Source: the human T2T-CHM13v2.0 reference genome, Homo sapiens
Direction: 5' to 3'
Assembly (NCBI GenBank): GCA_009914755.4
Contig: CP068257.2
Span: forward strand, 21,536,001-21,600,000
Length of the DNA stretch: 64,000 nucleotides
Each line of letters starts with the position of its first letter. The stretch's first letter is position 1. The notes beneath the pieces were generated by a model. That model was not told where the DNA came from. It searched no databases and saw only the letters and a program-made list of their open reading frames with translations. Of the stretch, positions 25,316-39,600 are shown one piece after another. Both the position numbers and the translations under genes were made by a program.

Positions 25316-26798
25316 TAAAATAATACACTGGATTTTCCTATGTGCATTTTGATGTTTTTGTTCTAGTAAATAAAGGAAAACCATCCACTACATCATCATA
25401 AAGAAGAATTCTTTCAGTTTTGCTTGAGTGCAGGTGGTATAGCCTTCTGCTGACTTTTAATCATCCATAAAAATATTTATAAATAAAATATGTTTTTCCA
25501 AGCTTCGGGCCATTGAAGTCATTATATTCATAAATAAAACAAGAGCTTATGCATAGTTATCCAGTACAGAAGACAAGAAATGACTTTCCATCCTAATATT
25601 AATTAGCAAATATTTGTTTAAATTACAATTAATAAATTATAAACCTATCATATTTACAAATATTTTGAACATATTAATTATTTATTTTATTGTGAGCAGT
25701 AGTACCTTAATCCTGAATTGCTCTAAGTTCATTCTTGTGACTATTTATATAAACTTTTTCAAAATTCCCATAATTTATCTTTCTAATTAAAATATAGTTT
25801 ACTCTAAAGTAGTCCTATCTGAAAAATACATTATTATAATGTTAATATTATGTAATATTATTTGCAAAAAATACATAAGTTATATATATTCATGAGGTTC
25901 CTAGATACTGAATTTAAAAGAATGATTAAAGGGCATTCCACAAATATCTTCTTTAATTTGTGATTGTGAATTTCCATTTGAAACAACAAATTAGAAAAAT
26001 AAATTAAGCATCATAAATATCATGTCAGAGAAATTGTTCTCTGTAATAATAATTACATGTATTATAAAAATCATAACTGTAATAAACAGTATAATGAAAG
26101 GAAAGACTATTTCTCTAATTTTCAAAAATGAAATATTGAACTAATGAATAGATTCTTAAGATAAGTCTTGTTATTACTGGAGAGATCTTATAATTTTTTC
26201 AAATTATTCATTACCTAAGGAAATCATGTTTTTTCTTAGTCTACCTATAGTTTTTGATGAAATGATTAATAATCAAAGGTGCTTATTTCTCACTGAAGCG
26301 AGCAACTCAGTGTTGTTCTAGAGTGTTGTGGGAAAAGTGATTTTCTTTTGTTGTATTTCTCGATAGAAAAATTTTGCTATGATATTTCTACTGTAGCTTA
26401 TTTAATTTTTTTCCAATGTTGTGAAGCTATGGCTCAGGCCAATGGGTGAAGAAAGATATATAGGACTATAATCGTTTTGACAACTCCATATGACTGTGAG
26501 CCTTTTGATAAGGCTAGTCATCATCTGACCACTTAGAATTGAATAAAATTTTGAGGAACAAGGTTTTTAGTACAATGATGTATTACTTTCTTCATATATC
26601 CACAGTATTTTTACCTAACAGATTCATGGAAGAATGATGATGTATGCCAGAACACCAGATTTGATCAATCTTTGAGATTAGGTAATAATAAGACCCTTAA
26701 CCTAACTTTACTCAATTATTTTGCTGTTTCCTTTTAGAATTAGTTTGATAAAAATTGTGGAATATTTTTATCTCTATTAAAATAAACTAATAACATAT

Positions 26799-27152
26799 CT
26801 TAATCCATTTGTGCTACTACAACAAAATACCAGAGATTGGGTAATTTAGAAAAAACATAAGTTTATTTTCTCAGTCTGGAGGCTGGGAAGTTCAAGATCT
26901 AAGTGCTGTTAACTTGTGTCTGGTGAGGGCCTTCTTGCTGCCTCCTTCCATGGTGGAAGGCAAAAAGGCGAGTAGATGAACTCCCTTCATCAAGCTCTTT
27001 CATAAGGGTACCCAATCCCATTCATGAAGGGATTGGGCCTAATCATGGTAATTAGCTGATCATGACCTAATTGCTACTTAAAGTCTCCACCTCTTATACT
27101 GTCACATTGGCAACACTTGAATTTTGGAGGGAACACATTCAGACCATATCCA
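26799..27152 (-). mobile_element. ERVL-MaLR-type solo LTR (MLT1/MST-like), minus orientation
   Basis: cttaatccatttgtgctactacaacaaaataccagagattgggtaatttagaaaaaacataagtttattttctcagtctggaggctgggaagttcaagatc...catggtggaaggcaaaaaggcgag...ctttcataagggtacccaatcccattcatgaagg...ccacctcttatactgtcacattggcaacacttgaattttggagggaacacattcagaccatatcca. It has the same architecture as a reverse-complemented MaLR LTR. Confidence 0.55.
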
Positions 27153-27939
27153 GCAGATAAAAAAGTGAAAATAAAACACAGACAGAACATATAACAAAGC
27201 TCCCATCCCACATGAATTAGTACCGTGAGAATTTATCTTATATAATTAACATAGCACTTACCTAGAATATATGAATCCTCGAACTTATGTGTTAATTCTT
27301 GATCTCAATGCTAAGGCTTGAATCTTCAATTCATGTGACTGTTTGATTAATCCTCATGAATACTTGACCGTTTTTACAAAATCAATATTTTGACTTTTTG
27401 TATCACGTGTGTTCTATTCCTTTCTGAAATTTCTTAACACAGCTGACAAACACAGGTACAAAGATTTATAGCTTGGGTTCTGAACTGAGCTACTTTGATA
27501 TGAATCTAAAAAGACATGCCATATTAAAATATGCCTTTAGTCTACAGCCAATTAAAGAAATTAGTGTTAAAAGAAGAAATCTGGGTGATTCTGAGATTTA
27601 GTTTATAATCTGGGAGGAGTGCAAATATTATTAATATTATAAATTAGTAGTATGAACCATAATAATAAAAATAATAAAGCTTCTCATGTAAACTCCCCAA
27701 ATATAATAATTGTTTTATAGGTATCTGACTCAGGGCAGAAAATAGATCAGCTTTATAATATTGACTGTCTAATGACTACAACTTCCTTTGTTTTAATAAA
27801 AAATTAAGATGGCCAAATAACAATGAAATTGTGACATTCAAATATACTTTTCAATTATAAGCACTGAGGCACCCCAAACTCTGTGGGCACAACTTTTTTT
27901 GTTTTACTCCAACTTTAACAATATTTTTTTTTAATCACT

Positions 27940-29117
27940 CAAATAAAGAATTAAATTAACCAAGTCAAGATGGATTAAAGACTTAAACATAAGACCTAAA
28001 ACCATAAAAACCCTAGAAGAAAACCTAGGCAATACCATTCAGAACATAGGCATGAGCAAAGACTTCATGACTAAAACAACAAAAGCAATGGCAACAAAAG
28101 CCAACATTGACAAATGGGATCTAATCAAACTAAAAAGCTTCTGCATATCAAAAGAAACTATTATCAGAGTGAACAGGCAACCTACAGAGTGGGAGAACAT
28201 TTTTGCAATCTATCCATCTGACAAAGGTATAATATCCAGGATCTTAAACAAATTTACCTGAAAAAAACATACAACCCTATGAAAAAGTGGGCGGAAGATA
28301 TGAATAGACACTTCTCAAAAGAAGACATTTATGTGGCCAAAAAACATGAAAAAAAGCTCATCATCACTGGTCATTAGAGAAATGCAAATCAAAACCACAA
28401 TGAGACAGCATGTCACGCCAGTTAGAATGGTGATCATTAAAAACTCAGGAAACAAAAGATGCTGGCAAGGCAGTGGAGAAATAGGAAAGCTTTTACACTG
28501 TTGGTGGGAGTGTAAAATAGTTCAACCATTGTGGAAGACAGTGTGGAGATTCCTCAAGGATCTAGAACCAGAAATACCATTTGACCCAGCAATCCGATTA
28601 CTGGGTATATACCCAAAGGATTATAAATCATTCTACTATAAAGACACATGCACATGTATGTTTATTGTGGCACTGCTCACAATAGCAAAGACAAGGAACC
28701 AACCCAAAAGCTCATCAGTGATAGACTGGATAAAGAAAATGTGGCACATATACACCAAGGAATACTATGAAGCCATAAAAAGGATGAGTTCATGTCCTTT
28801 GCAGGGACATGGATGAATCTGGAAACCATGATTCTCAGCAAACTAACACAGGAACAGAAAACCAACACAGCATATTCTCACTCATAAGTGGGAGTTGAAC
28901 AATGAGAACACATGGACGCAGGGAAGGGAACATCACACACTGGGGCCTGTCAGGGGGTGGAGGGCTAGGGGAGGGATAGCATTAGGAGAAATACCTAATG
29001 TAGACAACGGATTGGTGGGTGCAGCAAACCAACATGGCACGGGTGTACCTACAAAACAAACCTGCACATCCTGCACGTGTATCCTAGAACTTAAAGTATT
29101 ATAATAATAATAATAAG
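27940..29117 (+). mobile_element. L1PA-type 3' portion (ORF2 C-terminal ~1.1 kb plus 3'UTR)
   Basis: caagtcaagatggattaaagacttaaacataagacctaaaaccataaaaaccctagaagaaaacctaggcaataccattcag...aagcttctgcatatcaaaagaaactattatcagagtgaacaggcaacctacagagtgggagaa...cactgttggtgggagtgtaaaatagttcaaccattgtggaagacagtgtggagattcctcaaggatctagaaccagaaataccatttgacccagcaatcc...gggagggatagcattaggagaaatacctaatgtagacaacggattggtgggtgcagcaaaccaacatggcac...aacttaaagtattataataataataataa. The track ORFs 28052..28261 and 28331..28816 are ORF2 remnants. Confidence 0.9.
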
Positions 29118-30374
29118 CAGGGTTTAATTTGAACTGGTTAATGCATGTGTTTTAATTACTTGTGTTCCTCCAATCAAATGTTTGCTGCTTTAAAATTTTT
29201 CATATTTTAATTACCTGGTCAATGATGAATACAATATCTGAATATATTTTTGTCTGTTTTTACTTTAACATCAATAACGTCATAACTTAAATTTGTTGTT
29301 TCATACTTAGTAATATATAAGCCAAAATTCGGGAGTTAGGCTTTAAAGCTAAAGCTTTAATATTAATGTTGTACGGTAAGAAAAAGAGCCGATGCTAGGT
29401 ATTTCTATGTTTTATCTGGACTGTGATATAAATTAGCTTTACCATTTTAAGTGATTTTCATGTTGTATTCAGGGAAGCAATGCCATTAAATGATCAGAAT
29501 AGATTAAAACACTTTCATGTTTTCAAAGTATAAACCTAGTAAAGAGCATCTTCTGTTTTTCTATATACTCATAATTGTATAAAGCCACCAGTTTAAGCTA
29601 TTAAAAGTATCCATGCCATTCTACAAAACAAGACAAATACATTTATCTTGAACATGCTAAATATTGTCTGCACACAATTTCTACACTCAAACATTTTAGA
29701 TAAAATATGTTACTATTTCCTATTTATCAATGAATAAGAACATATTGGTTTGAGCTATCAGCAACAAGTATATTAAACATGTATTAACTTCCAAAAGAAA
29801 TAAGAATATGATGTAGTGGAGATATTAAATTATATTTCCAAAGAACTATATGACAATTTGTTGTCTTATAAGACTTCAATTACTTTGGATGGGGTTATAT
29901 ATCCCTCTAGACATTTTTTTTTGATAGAATGAACATATGGTTCTTAATTCAGCTAAACAAACACACATAAAAGAAATTTTAAAATATATGTTTTGTTTCA
30001 TTTTATCTCAATGGCCATAACTTTCTTATTCTTTGGAAGAATCAGCTAAATTAAGCATGGGCTATTTGAATGATTTTCTTGCAACAAGAGCTAAAAGACT
30101 GAACTGTCTTTCTGAAGCCATTGAGAAGACACTATTTCTTAGAATTTTAAAGTCTCTGGTTCAATTAGTGAAATAGTAGGAAAGTTCAGCTCTAGGGTGA
30201 AGAAGATGTTTCAAAACCTGCTAGGGGAAAGTTACAAGTCTGCATTCACATGCTCTAAGTTTTTGTCAGAAATGGGATTTGGGGGGTTATTTGACTGTCC
30301 TTATCAGGTTAAATATTACTGAGACCTGATGTTAGAATTACTGTTATAATAAATGAGAAAATATAAAATAAAGC

Positions 30375-30407
30375 CAGAGAGAGGGAGAGAAAGAGAGAGA
30401 GAGAGAA
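30375..30407. repeat. Imperfect (GA)n microsatellite
   Basis: cagagagagggagagaaagagagagagagagaa. Confidence 0.85.
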
Positions 30408-31094
30408 TGAATAAGGCCAAAGGAATGTGTTGCTTTTCCCACCTCTCAAACAGTTTAGCCTTCTGAAACCTACATTTCCTGGTATTACAAAGTGAATTAT
30501 ACAGTGTGTAAGAAAAAATTCCTTCCCTGAAGCATTATGGCAAACCTGAAACAATTTCAGGTCTGACATCTCCCGCAGCTGAATCTGATGAGAAACAGAT
30601 CAAAGTCAAGGTGAATGTTTTTCCTTATTTCCCCCCTGAGAGTGGAAGCTGGATTGTGTAACAATTGGTACAAAAACCTGCTACCAGCAACAGTAGAAGC
30701 GGTAATTCAAAACAATCCAAGTTTATAAAGAAAAGCATTAACAATGTTGCCTTTTTAATTTTAGTCTTACCACTGTGCAATTTTGCTTTCCAACAAAGAA
30801 ATTAGATGACACTAGAGAATTACATGACATATGTATTCAATTTTGGGTAACTTCCATTTTACATAAGTTGTTTTTAATATAAAAATTATGTTTTAATGGA
30901 TGGATATAGATTTCCCTGGAGAAAATCTTATGACTTCGTAGGAATAGGAGAGTGAAATCAAGAAAGTAATAATTATCAGGTATGATAAGGTTTTAAAAGG
31001 AGTTCCTACACATAAACTCTTTGTAAATGGCAAATTAAAGATTCTTAAATTTTCACTAGCATTAGCCCAAACTGAAGGAGCTTAGAATACAGAT

Positions 31095-31218
31095 TTCTAG
31101 CCCTATAACTCTGAGATTCTAGTTGATTAGTTCTTGCTGGAAATCTGAATTTTAACATCACCTGAGAGGTGATTTCTGATGCAGTTGTTGCATGGACTCT
31201 ACTTGAAGGAACACTATG
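31095..31218. mobile_element. hAT-Charlie-type MITE terminal fragment (MER-like)
   Basis: ctgagattctagttgattagttcttgctggaaatctgaattttaacatcacctgagaggtgatttctgatgcagttgttgcatggactctacttgaaggaacactatg resembles the common hAT terminal region ...ctgagattctgattcagtaggtctggg...tttctaacaagttcccaggtgatgctgatgctgctggtcc...cactttgagaaccactg. Confidence 0.35.
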
Positions 31219-32199
31219 ATAAATGCCAATTGCATGAAAAGCAGACAAGGAGACAAAAACAAAGTTATGCCATGTGAAGGGCAGTGTCTGTATTCCTAGC
31301 TACTACCATGCTACTGATCTAAAATGATTCCCCTATGTTGCTCTTCCTTTATCAGTATTTCTCATCCAACTCATTCTCTCTAAGGAAAAGCACCTGCGAA
31401 ATGTGATTCTTCATAATAGAAGAAGCCAACTTACTCTGTAAGATTCATATCACAAATACATAATTTTAACCAAGTTTTCTTTTATTTTTGTTCAACTTTA
31501 TGGAGAACTAATCATTAAAGAAATTTTGAAGGCTGTAATTCAAATGTGCATCTTTTAGATACTCTAACCCATCATAATCTTTCGGTTTTCTAAATATTTT
31601 CTAACTTCCTAGAAAATAAGTTTCCAAAAAAATTTACTTTCTAAAAATTAGTACTTGAAAATTTCATTTTAGTGCTAAATTAATGAGTTACTCAGCTCCA
31701 TTGCTGGTGTGGCTTTGCTACTACAATCCTGACAAAAATGTAAATGAAGGTTCTGTCCCCAAGTACATGTTGGAGCCAAGAAATGTCTTGTCCTCAAACT
31801 GCTCTTGGTTATTTTGGTCTCAGTGTGTAACTATATACGTTTCTACTTGTGGGCACACTGACCTGAATTTGAAGTTGTTGTTTTTCCCTACTTTCTCCAA
31901 GATAAGTAACCATATAAAAGTCCTTAGGTATCATTCAGTTAGTATTTCCAAATATAACTCCCCTCACCCAATATTATATTTCTTTTACCTGGCAAGTTTG
32001 AAATAATATTATTTGCTAGCACACTAACTTAAGATGTTCAAGGTATATACATTTGTAGCAGGTCAACCCACCAATGCCTATTTGCATTTACTAAAAGATA
32101 AAAATAAAATTGAAAATAAATCTTTAACTATGTACATTCAAATATTGATATCAGGTTTATAAATTAAAATATTTGGCAATTTATATCTCCCATGACCTT

Positions 32200-34542
32200 T
32201 GTATTAGTCCATTTCACACTGTTATAATCAACTGCCTGAGACCGGGTAATTTACAAAGAAAAGAAAGATGTTTAATTAACTCACAGTTCCACAGGGCTCA
32301 GAAAACTTACAATAATGGCAGAAGGCAAAGGAAAAGCAAACACCTTCTTCACAAGGTGGCAGGGGAGAGAGAGAGTGAGGGACAAGCTGCCAAACACTTT
32401 TAAACCATCAGATCTCGTGAACGATTATTATCATGAGAAGAGCATGGTAGAAACCACCCCACGATCCAAACACCTCCCACGAGGACTCTCCCTCAACACA
32501 TGGGGATTACAATTCAAAATGAGATTTGGGTGGAGACACAGAGCCAAACCATATTATTTCACCCCAGCCCCTCCCAAATCTCATGTCCTCAAATTTCAAC
32601 ACCAATCATGCCTTCCCAAAAGTCCCCCAAAATCTTAACTCATTTCAGAATTAGCTCAAAACTTCAAGTCCAACATTTCCTCTGAGACAAAGCAAGTCCT
32701 TTCTTCCTAGGAAAAAAATAAAAATAAAAATAAAAAAAGTTAGTTACTTCCAAGATATGATAGAAGTACAGGCATTGGGTTAATTTTCCTATTCTAAATG
32801 GGAGAAATTGGCCAAAACAAAGGGGCCACAGGTCTCATACAAGTCCAAAACCTAGCTGGGCAGTCATTAAATCTTAAAGCTCCAAGCTCTCCTTTGACAC
32901 CATGTCTCAGATCCAGGGCACACTGCTGCAAGGGGTGGGCTCCCAAGGACTTACATAGCTTTACCCTTGTAAGTCTGCAGGGTCCATCCCTTACAGCTGT
33001 TTCACAGGCTGCTGTTGAGTCCATGAAGCTTTTGCAAGCACATAGTGCAAGCTATGTGTAGATTTGCCATTCTGGGGTCTGGAGGACAGTGGCCTTCTTC
33101 TCACAGCTCCACTAGGCAGTGCCCCAGTAGGGACACTGTGCAGGACTTCAACTCCACATTTTCGCTCTGCATTGCCCTAGTAGAGTTCTGCATGAGGGCT
33201 CCGACCCTGCACAAACTTCTTCCTGGACATCTAGGCATTGCCATACAAATTCGGAAATCTAGGCAGAGGCTCCCAAAGCTCAATTTTTGTCTTCTGTGTA
33301 CCCACAGGTCTAACACTACATGAAAGCCACCAAGAATGGGGCTTGTACCCTCTGAAGCAATGGCTCAAGCTGTACCTTGGCCCCTTTTAGCCACAGCTGG
33401 AGTTGACACAGCTGGGACACAAGGCACCATGTCCTGAAGCTGCACAGAACAGCAGGGCCCTGGAGCTAGTGCAAAAACCTTTTTCTCTCCTAGACTTCTG
33501 GACTTGTGATGGGAGAGGCTGCTATGAAGGTATCTGAGATGCCCTGGAGACATTTTTCCCATTGTCATGGCTATTAACATTTGGCTCCTTATTACAAATG
33601 CAAATTTTTGCAGCTGGCTTGATTTTCTCCCCAGAAAATGTTTGTTTTTGTTTTATTACCACAAGGTCAGGCTGCAAATTTTCTAAACTTTTGTGCTCTG
33701 CTTCCCTTTTAAATAAAAGTTCCAGTTTCAGATAATCTCTTTATAAATGCATATGACTAGATGTTTTCAGAATCAGCCAGGTCACCTCTTAAATGCTTTG
33801 CTGCTTAGAAATTTCTTCTGCCAGATACCTTAAATCATCTCTCTCAAGTTCAAATTTCCACAGATCTCTCAAGCAGCAGCAAAATACTGCCATTCTTTTG
33901 TCTACAGCATAGCATGAGTGACCTTTACTCCAGTTCTAAACAAGTTCCTCATCTCCATCTGAGACCACCTCCGTCTGGACTTTATTGTCCATATCACTAT
34001 CAGCATTTTGGTCAAAACCATTCAACAAGTCTCTAGGAAGTTCCAAACTTTTCCACATCTTCCCATCTTCTTCTGAGCCCTTCAAACTGTTTCAACCTCT
34101 GCCCATTATCCATTTGCAAAGTTTCTTCCACATTTTCAGGCAGTTCCCCACACCTGGTACCGATTTTCTGCATTAGTCCATTTTCACACTGCTATGAAGA
34201 ACTGCATGAGACTGAGTAATTTACAAAGAAAGAACAAAGGTTTAATTGACTCACAGTTCTGCATGGCTCAGGAAACTTACAATCAAGACAGAAACTGAAG
34301 GAGAAGCAAGCAACTTCTTAACAAGGTGGCAGGACAAATACATAGAGAGAGAGCACAAAGTGGGAAATAGCCAAACACTTGTAAACCATCAGATCCTGTG
34401 ACAGCTCACTCACTATCATGAGGACAGCATGAGAAAAACTGCCCTCATGATCCACTCACCTCCCACCAGGTCCTTCCCTCAACATGTGAAGATTACAATT
34501 CTAGATGAGATTTGGGTAGGGACACAGAGCCAAACCATATCA
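32200..34542 (-). mobile_element. Complete ERVL-MaLR element (THE1/MST-like; LTR-internal-LTR, ~2.34 kb) with a 5-bp TSD
   Basis: The LTR at 32200-32556 is tgtattagtccatttcacactgttataatcaactgcctgagaccgggtaatttacaaag...ccatcagatctcgtgaacgattattatcatgagaagagcatgg...ggattacaattcaaaatgagatttgggtggagacacagagccaaaccatatta. The internal region at 32557-34168 is non-coding (ccaaaagtcccccaaaatcttaactcatttcag...gccacaggtctcatacaagtccaaaacctagctgggcagtcattaaatcttaaagctccaagctctcctttgacaccatgtctcag...cctggtaccgattttctg). The LTR at 34169-34542 is tgcattagtccattttcacactgctatgaagaactgcatgagactgagtaatttacaaag...ccaaaccatatca. The flanks acctt (32195-32199) and atctt (34543-34547) form the TSD. The track ORFs at 32173..33580 fall inside this element and are spurious. 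Confidence 0.85.
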
Positions 34543-34741
34543 ATCTTCAAATAATATCATAGATTTATTATCCAATTGTATACTTAGAAATAACCTTGAC
34601 ATTGTCTACAATATATAATCTGTTACAGTAAGTAATTTTGAATTAAAATAGTAGAATGCATTCTGATACAGGAAATAGAAACCTAAGAATGAATTATTTT
34701 ACCATTGCCAAATTATACACAACATATAAGTAGTAGAAATT

Positions 34742-34881
34742 GTAGATGATTTAAAGTGTGTTGTTTGTACTTTAAAGTGTGTAGATGATTTAAAGTTGTG
34801 TGTGTTTTCTTCTGATAAAGTGGATCTTTACATGATAAATTAGTAACTTATTATAAAAAGTTAGATCTTACATGATAAAAA
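34742..34881. repeat. Cluster of short local tandem duplications
   Basis: gtagatgatttaaagtgtg occurs twice (34742, 34782). atctt(t)acatgataaa occurs twice (34825, 34866). Confidence 0.7.
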
Positions 34882-35210
34882 TAAAACATCATGTATGTTT
34901 TAGGTTAAGTATTTCTTTTGTCTGAGTTAGATTTTTGCAGTAAAGTTGCTGTGATGAAGCCTGATGCAATTGTAATACTAAAGTCTAAAAAAATTAGATT
35001 TATGGTAAGATTTTGTAAAGTTATTCATAGCCATTTAATAGTGTAAGACATTTTTAAGCATCTTCTAAAGGATGACAAACATTCCAAAGGATGACCATTT
35101 AGTTCTATTTTTGCATATTTTAAAGAAATATTAGACACATCTTTACACTTGATATTGTATTGGAAGGGAATTAGATACAATGAAACATATAACCTAAAAG
35201 AATCTCATTA

Positions 35211-35346
35211 ATCTAGGAAAAAATAATGGAAAAAATCTAGGAAAAAATAATCTAGGAAAAACAATGGTATGTTTAGGAAAATAGCCTGTTGCATGGTATG
35301 TTATATATCAAGAAGGTATGTTTAGGAAAATAGCCTGTTGCATGGC
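35211..35346. repeat. Local tandem duplications (17-bp and 31-bp units)
   Basis: atctaggaaaaaataat occurs three times. ggtatgtttaggaaaatagcctgttgcatgg occurs twice, at 35266 and 35316. Confidence 0.8.
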
Positions 35347-36313
35347 AAGAGAGATGCCACCTTGAAGTAAAACTGCCATGAGGACAAATGTTTGGCTCTC
35401 ATGTACAAAGATGTTCTGCAATAGGCCTTGAAACAATGCCTCTAACATAGATAATTTATCATAAATGTGGTTGTGTAACCTCCCCAGTGGTCATGAGTCT
35501 TGGCAAGAAAGTCTGAAGACATGGCGAGCTGCACCTGTTTTACCCTGAAAGTTTCCTTTATAAAAAATATGTTTTGGAGTGTAGATATGGGAATCCACTC
35601 TCTTGTGGCCACTCAAGACATTACTTCTCTTTTTAAGTCCCCTTTAATTTTTTTCTTTCCCTGAAAAACTGGATTCATCAGCCTCTTCTGTGGCCTCTCT
35701 TGTCCTTCAGGCTTTGGGGATGGGTTTGCATTTATTTGCTCACCATTAAACAGTATGCATGTGTGTTCTTCGTAACTATTTACCTATTTGTGTGTGTGTA
35801 CTTCTTTTTTAAGAAAATGAGTTTATATTTCTGGAAACTAACGATGTTATTCACTTTATAAATTGTAAAAAAAAACAGATTTTTTAAATGACATGTTTAT
35901 TTTCTGAATTATTTGTATTGATCTTTATTATGTACGAGAACTCAGAGAAATGGTTTTTAATATATTGTTAGAATACATTAAATTAAATTTAACAGAGTTC
36001 ATTTGAGCAAAAAGTGAATCAGGAATAAAGCAGTACTCAAAAGAGGTTCAGAGAGCTAAATTCAGCAAATTGGCAGCGGGTTTTTATAGACAGAACCAGG
36101 TAATAAAGCAGAGAAATAGCTTGATTGGTTACACCTAGGCAATTTTCTTATTTGGACCTGGTCCAAATAAGATTGCTGATGATTGGCTGGGACCAGAAAT
36201 CTGTTACAAAATATACAAAATTAGGTTTTAGTTTGTTTACATACTGGGTGATGTTCCAGATTGTTATGTGGAAACCCAAAGTACGGAGGCAGCCTCACAC
36301 TTAGGTCTTCCTG

Positions 36314-36647
<334 letters not shown>

Positions 36648-39600
36648 TGTTTGTTTAACCTAACAGTACCTTAAATTACATGTTGTTTCCTTACATATAT
36701 TAATTAGCAATTTCAAAAACAATTGAAGTTATGACAGACTTTATCTTAATGTTTTTGGTAAGATGAGATATTGATTTTATAAAAATTTCCTTTTTAATTG
36801 GCTTGGCATATTTTAAATAAATCATATTATAGCATAAGATAATCAATTGATGATGTGATTAATATACAAGCAGTTTTAACTTTATTCAGAAGTAAAAATA
36901 ACTGTAATATGTTTTCTTAATTAATGTAGGTCAAATTAAATATTTTTGAATATTATATTGTTAAGAGAACTTTTACGGTCTTGAGAAAGAAAGTAGAAAA
37001 ATACAATGTAAAGGATAAGATGTAATACAAGAGAATTGGAATTATATTAACTCAATTTGAATGTCACTAAGAGTTTACAAATCACTTTCAAAATGAGCTG
37101 TTCATTTTGCTAAATGTTATATATCAAGAAAAAAAGACTAGAATGACAAGGCAACTAAGAAATTAAATAAAATCTTTGAAATAAATATTTTCTTAACTTT
37201 TTATCTAATATAATTTCACAGTCAGGCTATAGACCTATAAATGTAGCCCCTAATTTAAAATAACCTATAGTTTTAACAATATATACATATGTAATAAACT
37301 TTGAAAAACCATAGATTTTATATATTATATATAAATGTATATATATTTAATGGAATGAAATTATGCTTGATTTAATTGGCCTAAATAATTACATATTTTG
37401 TATACTGATGTTTTGAAATTAAGTCAATATATTCAGATCAAATAAATATTCCAAAGCCTCTAAGTAGGCACAGATTTTCATCTAATGCCAATGAAAGTGT
37501 AAACTATTTAATCATATTTTCTGTTACTCATTTAATTTTTAGTCAGTGATTTACAATGTTTTTTTAACAATATTCACAATAAAACAAAATGTCAGTAGTC
37601 TTCATTATAAAGACTTTGCTACATGCTTACTTGGCTAAGATAAACTATACTTCTCATAATTTCCTTTTATTTGCATATTTCCATACATGTGGGCTACAAG
37701 ATTTTCCTGGAGAGGCAGAGGCACAAGAGACACTACAACCATTTTGTACAACTCAATTGTTGCTGATCTGCTGAGTCAACTCATTCAAATAAAGCAGCAG
37801 CTGTACCTTTATTTTCTTTCTTACTCCTGGATTTCCTTCAGTTTCTGTGACTCATGGGACATATGTGTGACTTCAATTCCATCTGAAAGAGCATAGGATT
37901 CTGCAGGATACCTTAATCACCAAGATCAGAGGGAGATCTTAATTGCATATGACAAACTTATTGTAAGAATGAATGGTGATTATGTGTTCTGACAAAAACA
38001 CAATCGTTTATTAAGCATTTAGTACATGCCAATCTGCTAGACATTTTACTTGTAAATAAGTAAATATTCAAAAATGAAAATACCCCAAATTAAGATACAT
38101 ATATTTAAGAGATATAAATAATTGAGAGATTCATTTGCTCTCCAAATTTGCAAATAACTACCAATCCTCAATGGCTTCATCTTCATAATAAAAGATGTTA
38201 AAATATATATAAGATTATTTACAACCTTAAATTTGGGAGAGTTAATGAAAAGGTAATATGAATTACCATTTCTATCTTATTTTTAATAACTTTATAACAG
38301 ATATTCAACAAATGTCCTATATTGACCTAAATTTAGATTCCTGTGTTTAGCAAAGAGTGCTAAATTAAACATTCATTTAAAGCAAAGCTTCCTCACATTT
38401 TAGCCCTAGATTTTTCTATTTTTCATTTGAATATATTTGCAATAAAGTGATATACTTTAAATACGCATATATGAAATATGCACATATAATATAAAACTTT
38501 TGTTTTTTAGCATAAGTGTTTGCAATGATGGAAGTTTATATATATACACATATATACTTGTACATATATATGTACATACATACATGCATATATGTTTAGT
38601 TATTTAAATGATTATAAAATATTATATTGTCGCAGAAAAACACATAAAGCCTGTTTCTTCTACATCTCAGTGCTAAGAGATATTACCACTAATTTTAAAT
38701 TTTGTCAATCATAAAGATTTAAACTTTTAATCTTAAATTTTTCCACTGCAGAATAACTGTTATTGTTTTTTATACCTATAATATTTGTAATAATAGCTTG
38801 TTTACTTATGAATAGATGTTGAACTTTCAGAGGTATTTTCTAGAAATATTACACACATTTCAAAATTTAATCTTTCCGTAAGTGAGTCACTACTGCATTC
38901 CTGAAATATGACTTCATGGGACATACCACATTATGTAAGATACACTTCTGTATTTCACTGCCAAATATTATTCTAATTATTTTACAATTTTTTAAACTTT
39001 CAAGTTCAGGGATATAAATGCAGGTTTATTACACAGATAAACTTGTGTCATGGGGGCTTGTTGTTATACAGAGTATTAAGCCTGGGACTTATTACTTTTC
39101 CTGATCCTCTCTCTCCTCCCACCCTCTACCCTCTGAAGGCCTTAGTGTGGGTTGTTTCCCTCTGTGTCTATGTGTTCTCATCGTTTAGCTCCCAAATCTT
39201 ATTTATAATTGAAACCGCATGTGAATTATCTTTTTTAGTATGCCGTTTATCAGATTTTATTATTGTTTCATAAAAAATACTCAACCTCCCTTTTTTTATG
39301 TTTAAAACAATATTTGTAATTACTAATGATCATACTTGCTAAAATTGTTTGGTTCAAATGTTTGTAATAATGGGACTAGCTGCAATCTAGTTTTAATGAG
39401 CAAGGCAATGTTATATCCAAGACACACCCAATGGTACTTCTTAAACTTAGCTCAGGAGATTTCTATCAAGATTCAGATGGCGATAAAATAAGTATACAAA
39501 TCTGTTCACAAACATTAATAAATATCTGAAAGTTGATTGCAAAACAAAATGAAAACCTTAATGTAAGCACATATTTTATCAAATAGTTCCATCATTTCAT

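Noticed and set aside
28052-28816. Track ORFs of 69 and 161 aa (the longest in the window) as candidate genes
   Set aside because: Both lie inside an L1PA 3' portion and are decayed ORF2 reading frames (motifs QGSGEIGKLLHCWWECKIVQPLWKTVWRFLKDLEPEIPFDPAI). They are not an independent gene.
32173-33580. Cluster of 70-107-aa ORFs on both strands
   Set aside because: All fall inside the LTRs and internal region of the THE1/MST-like MaLR element. MaLR internal regions are non-coding and these are chance ORFs.
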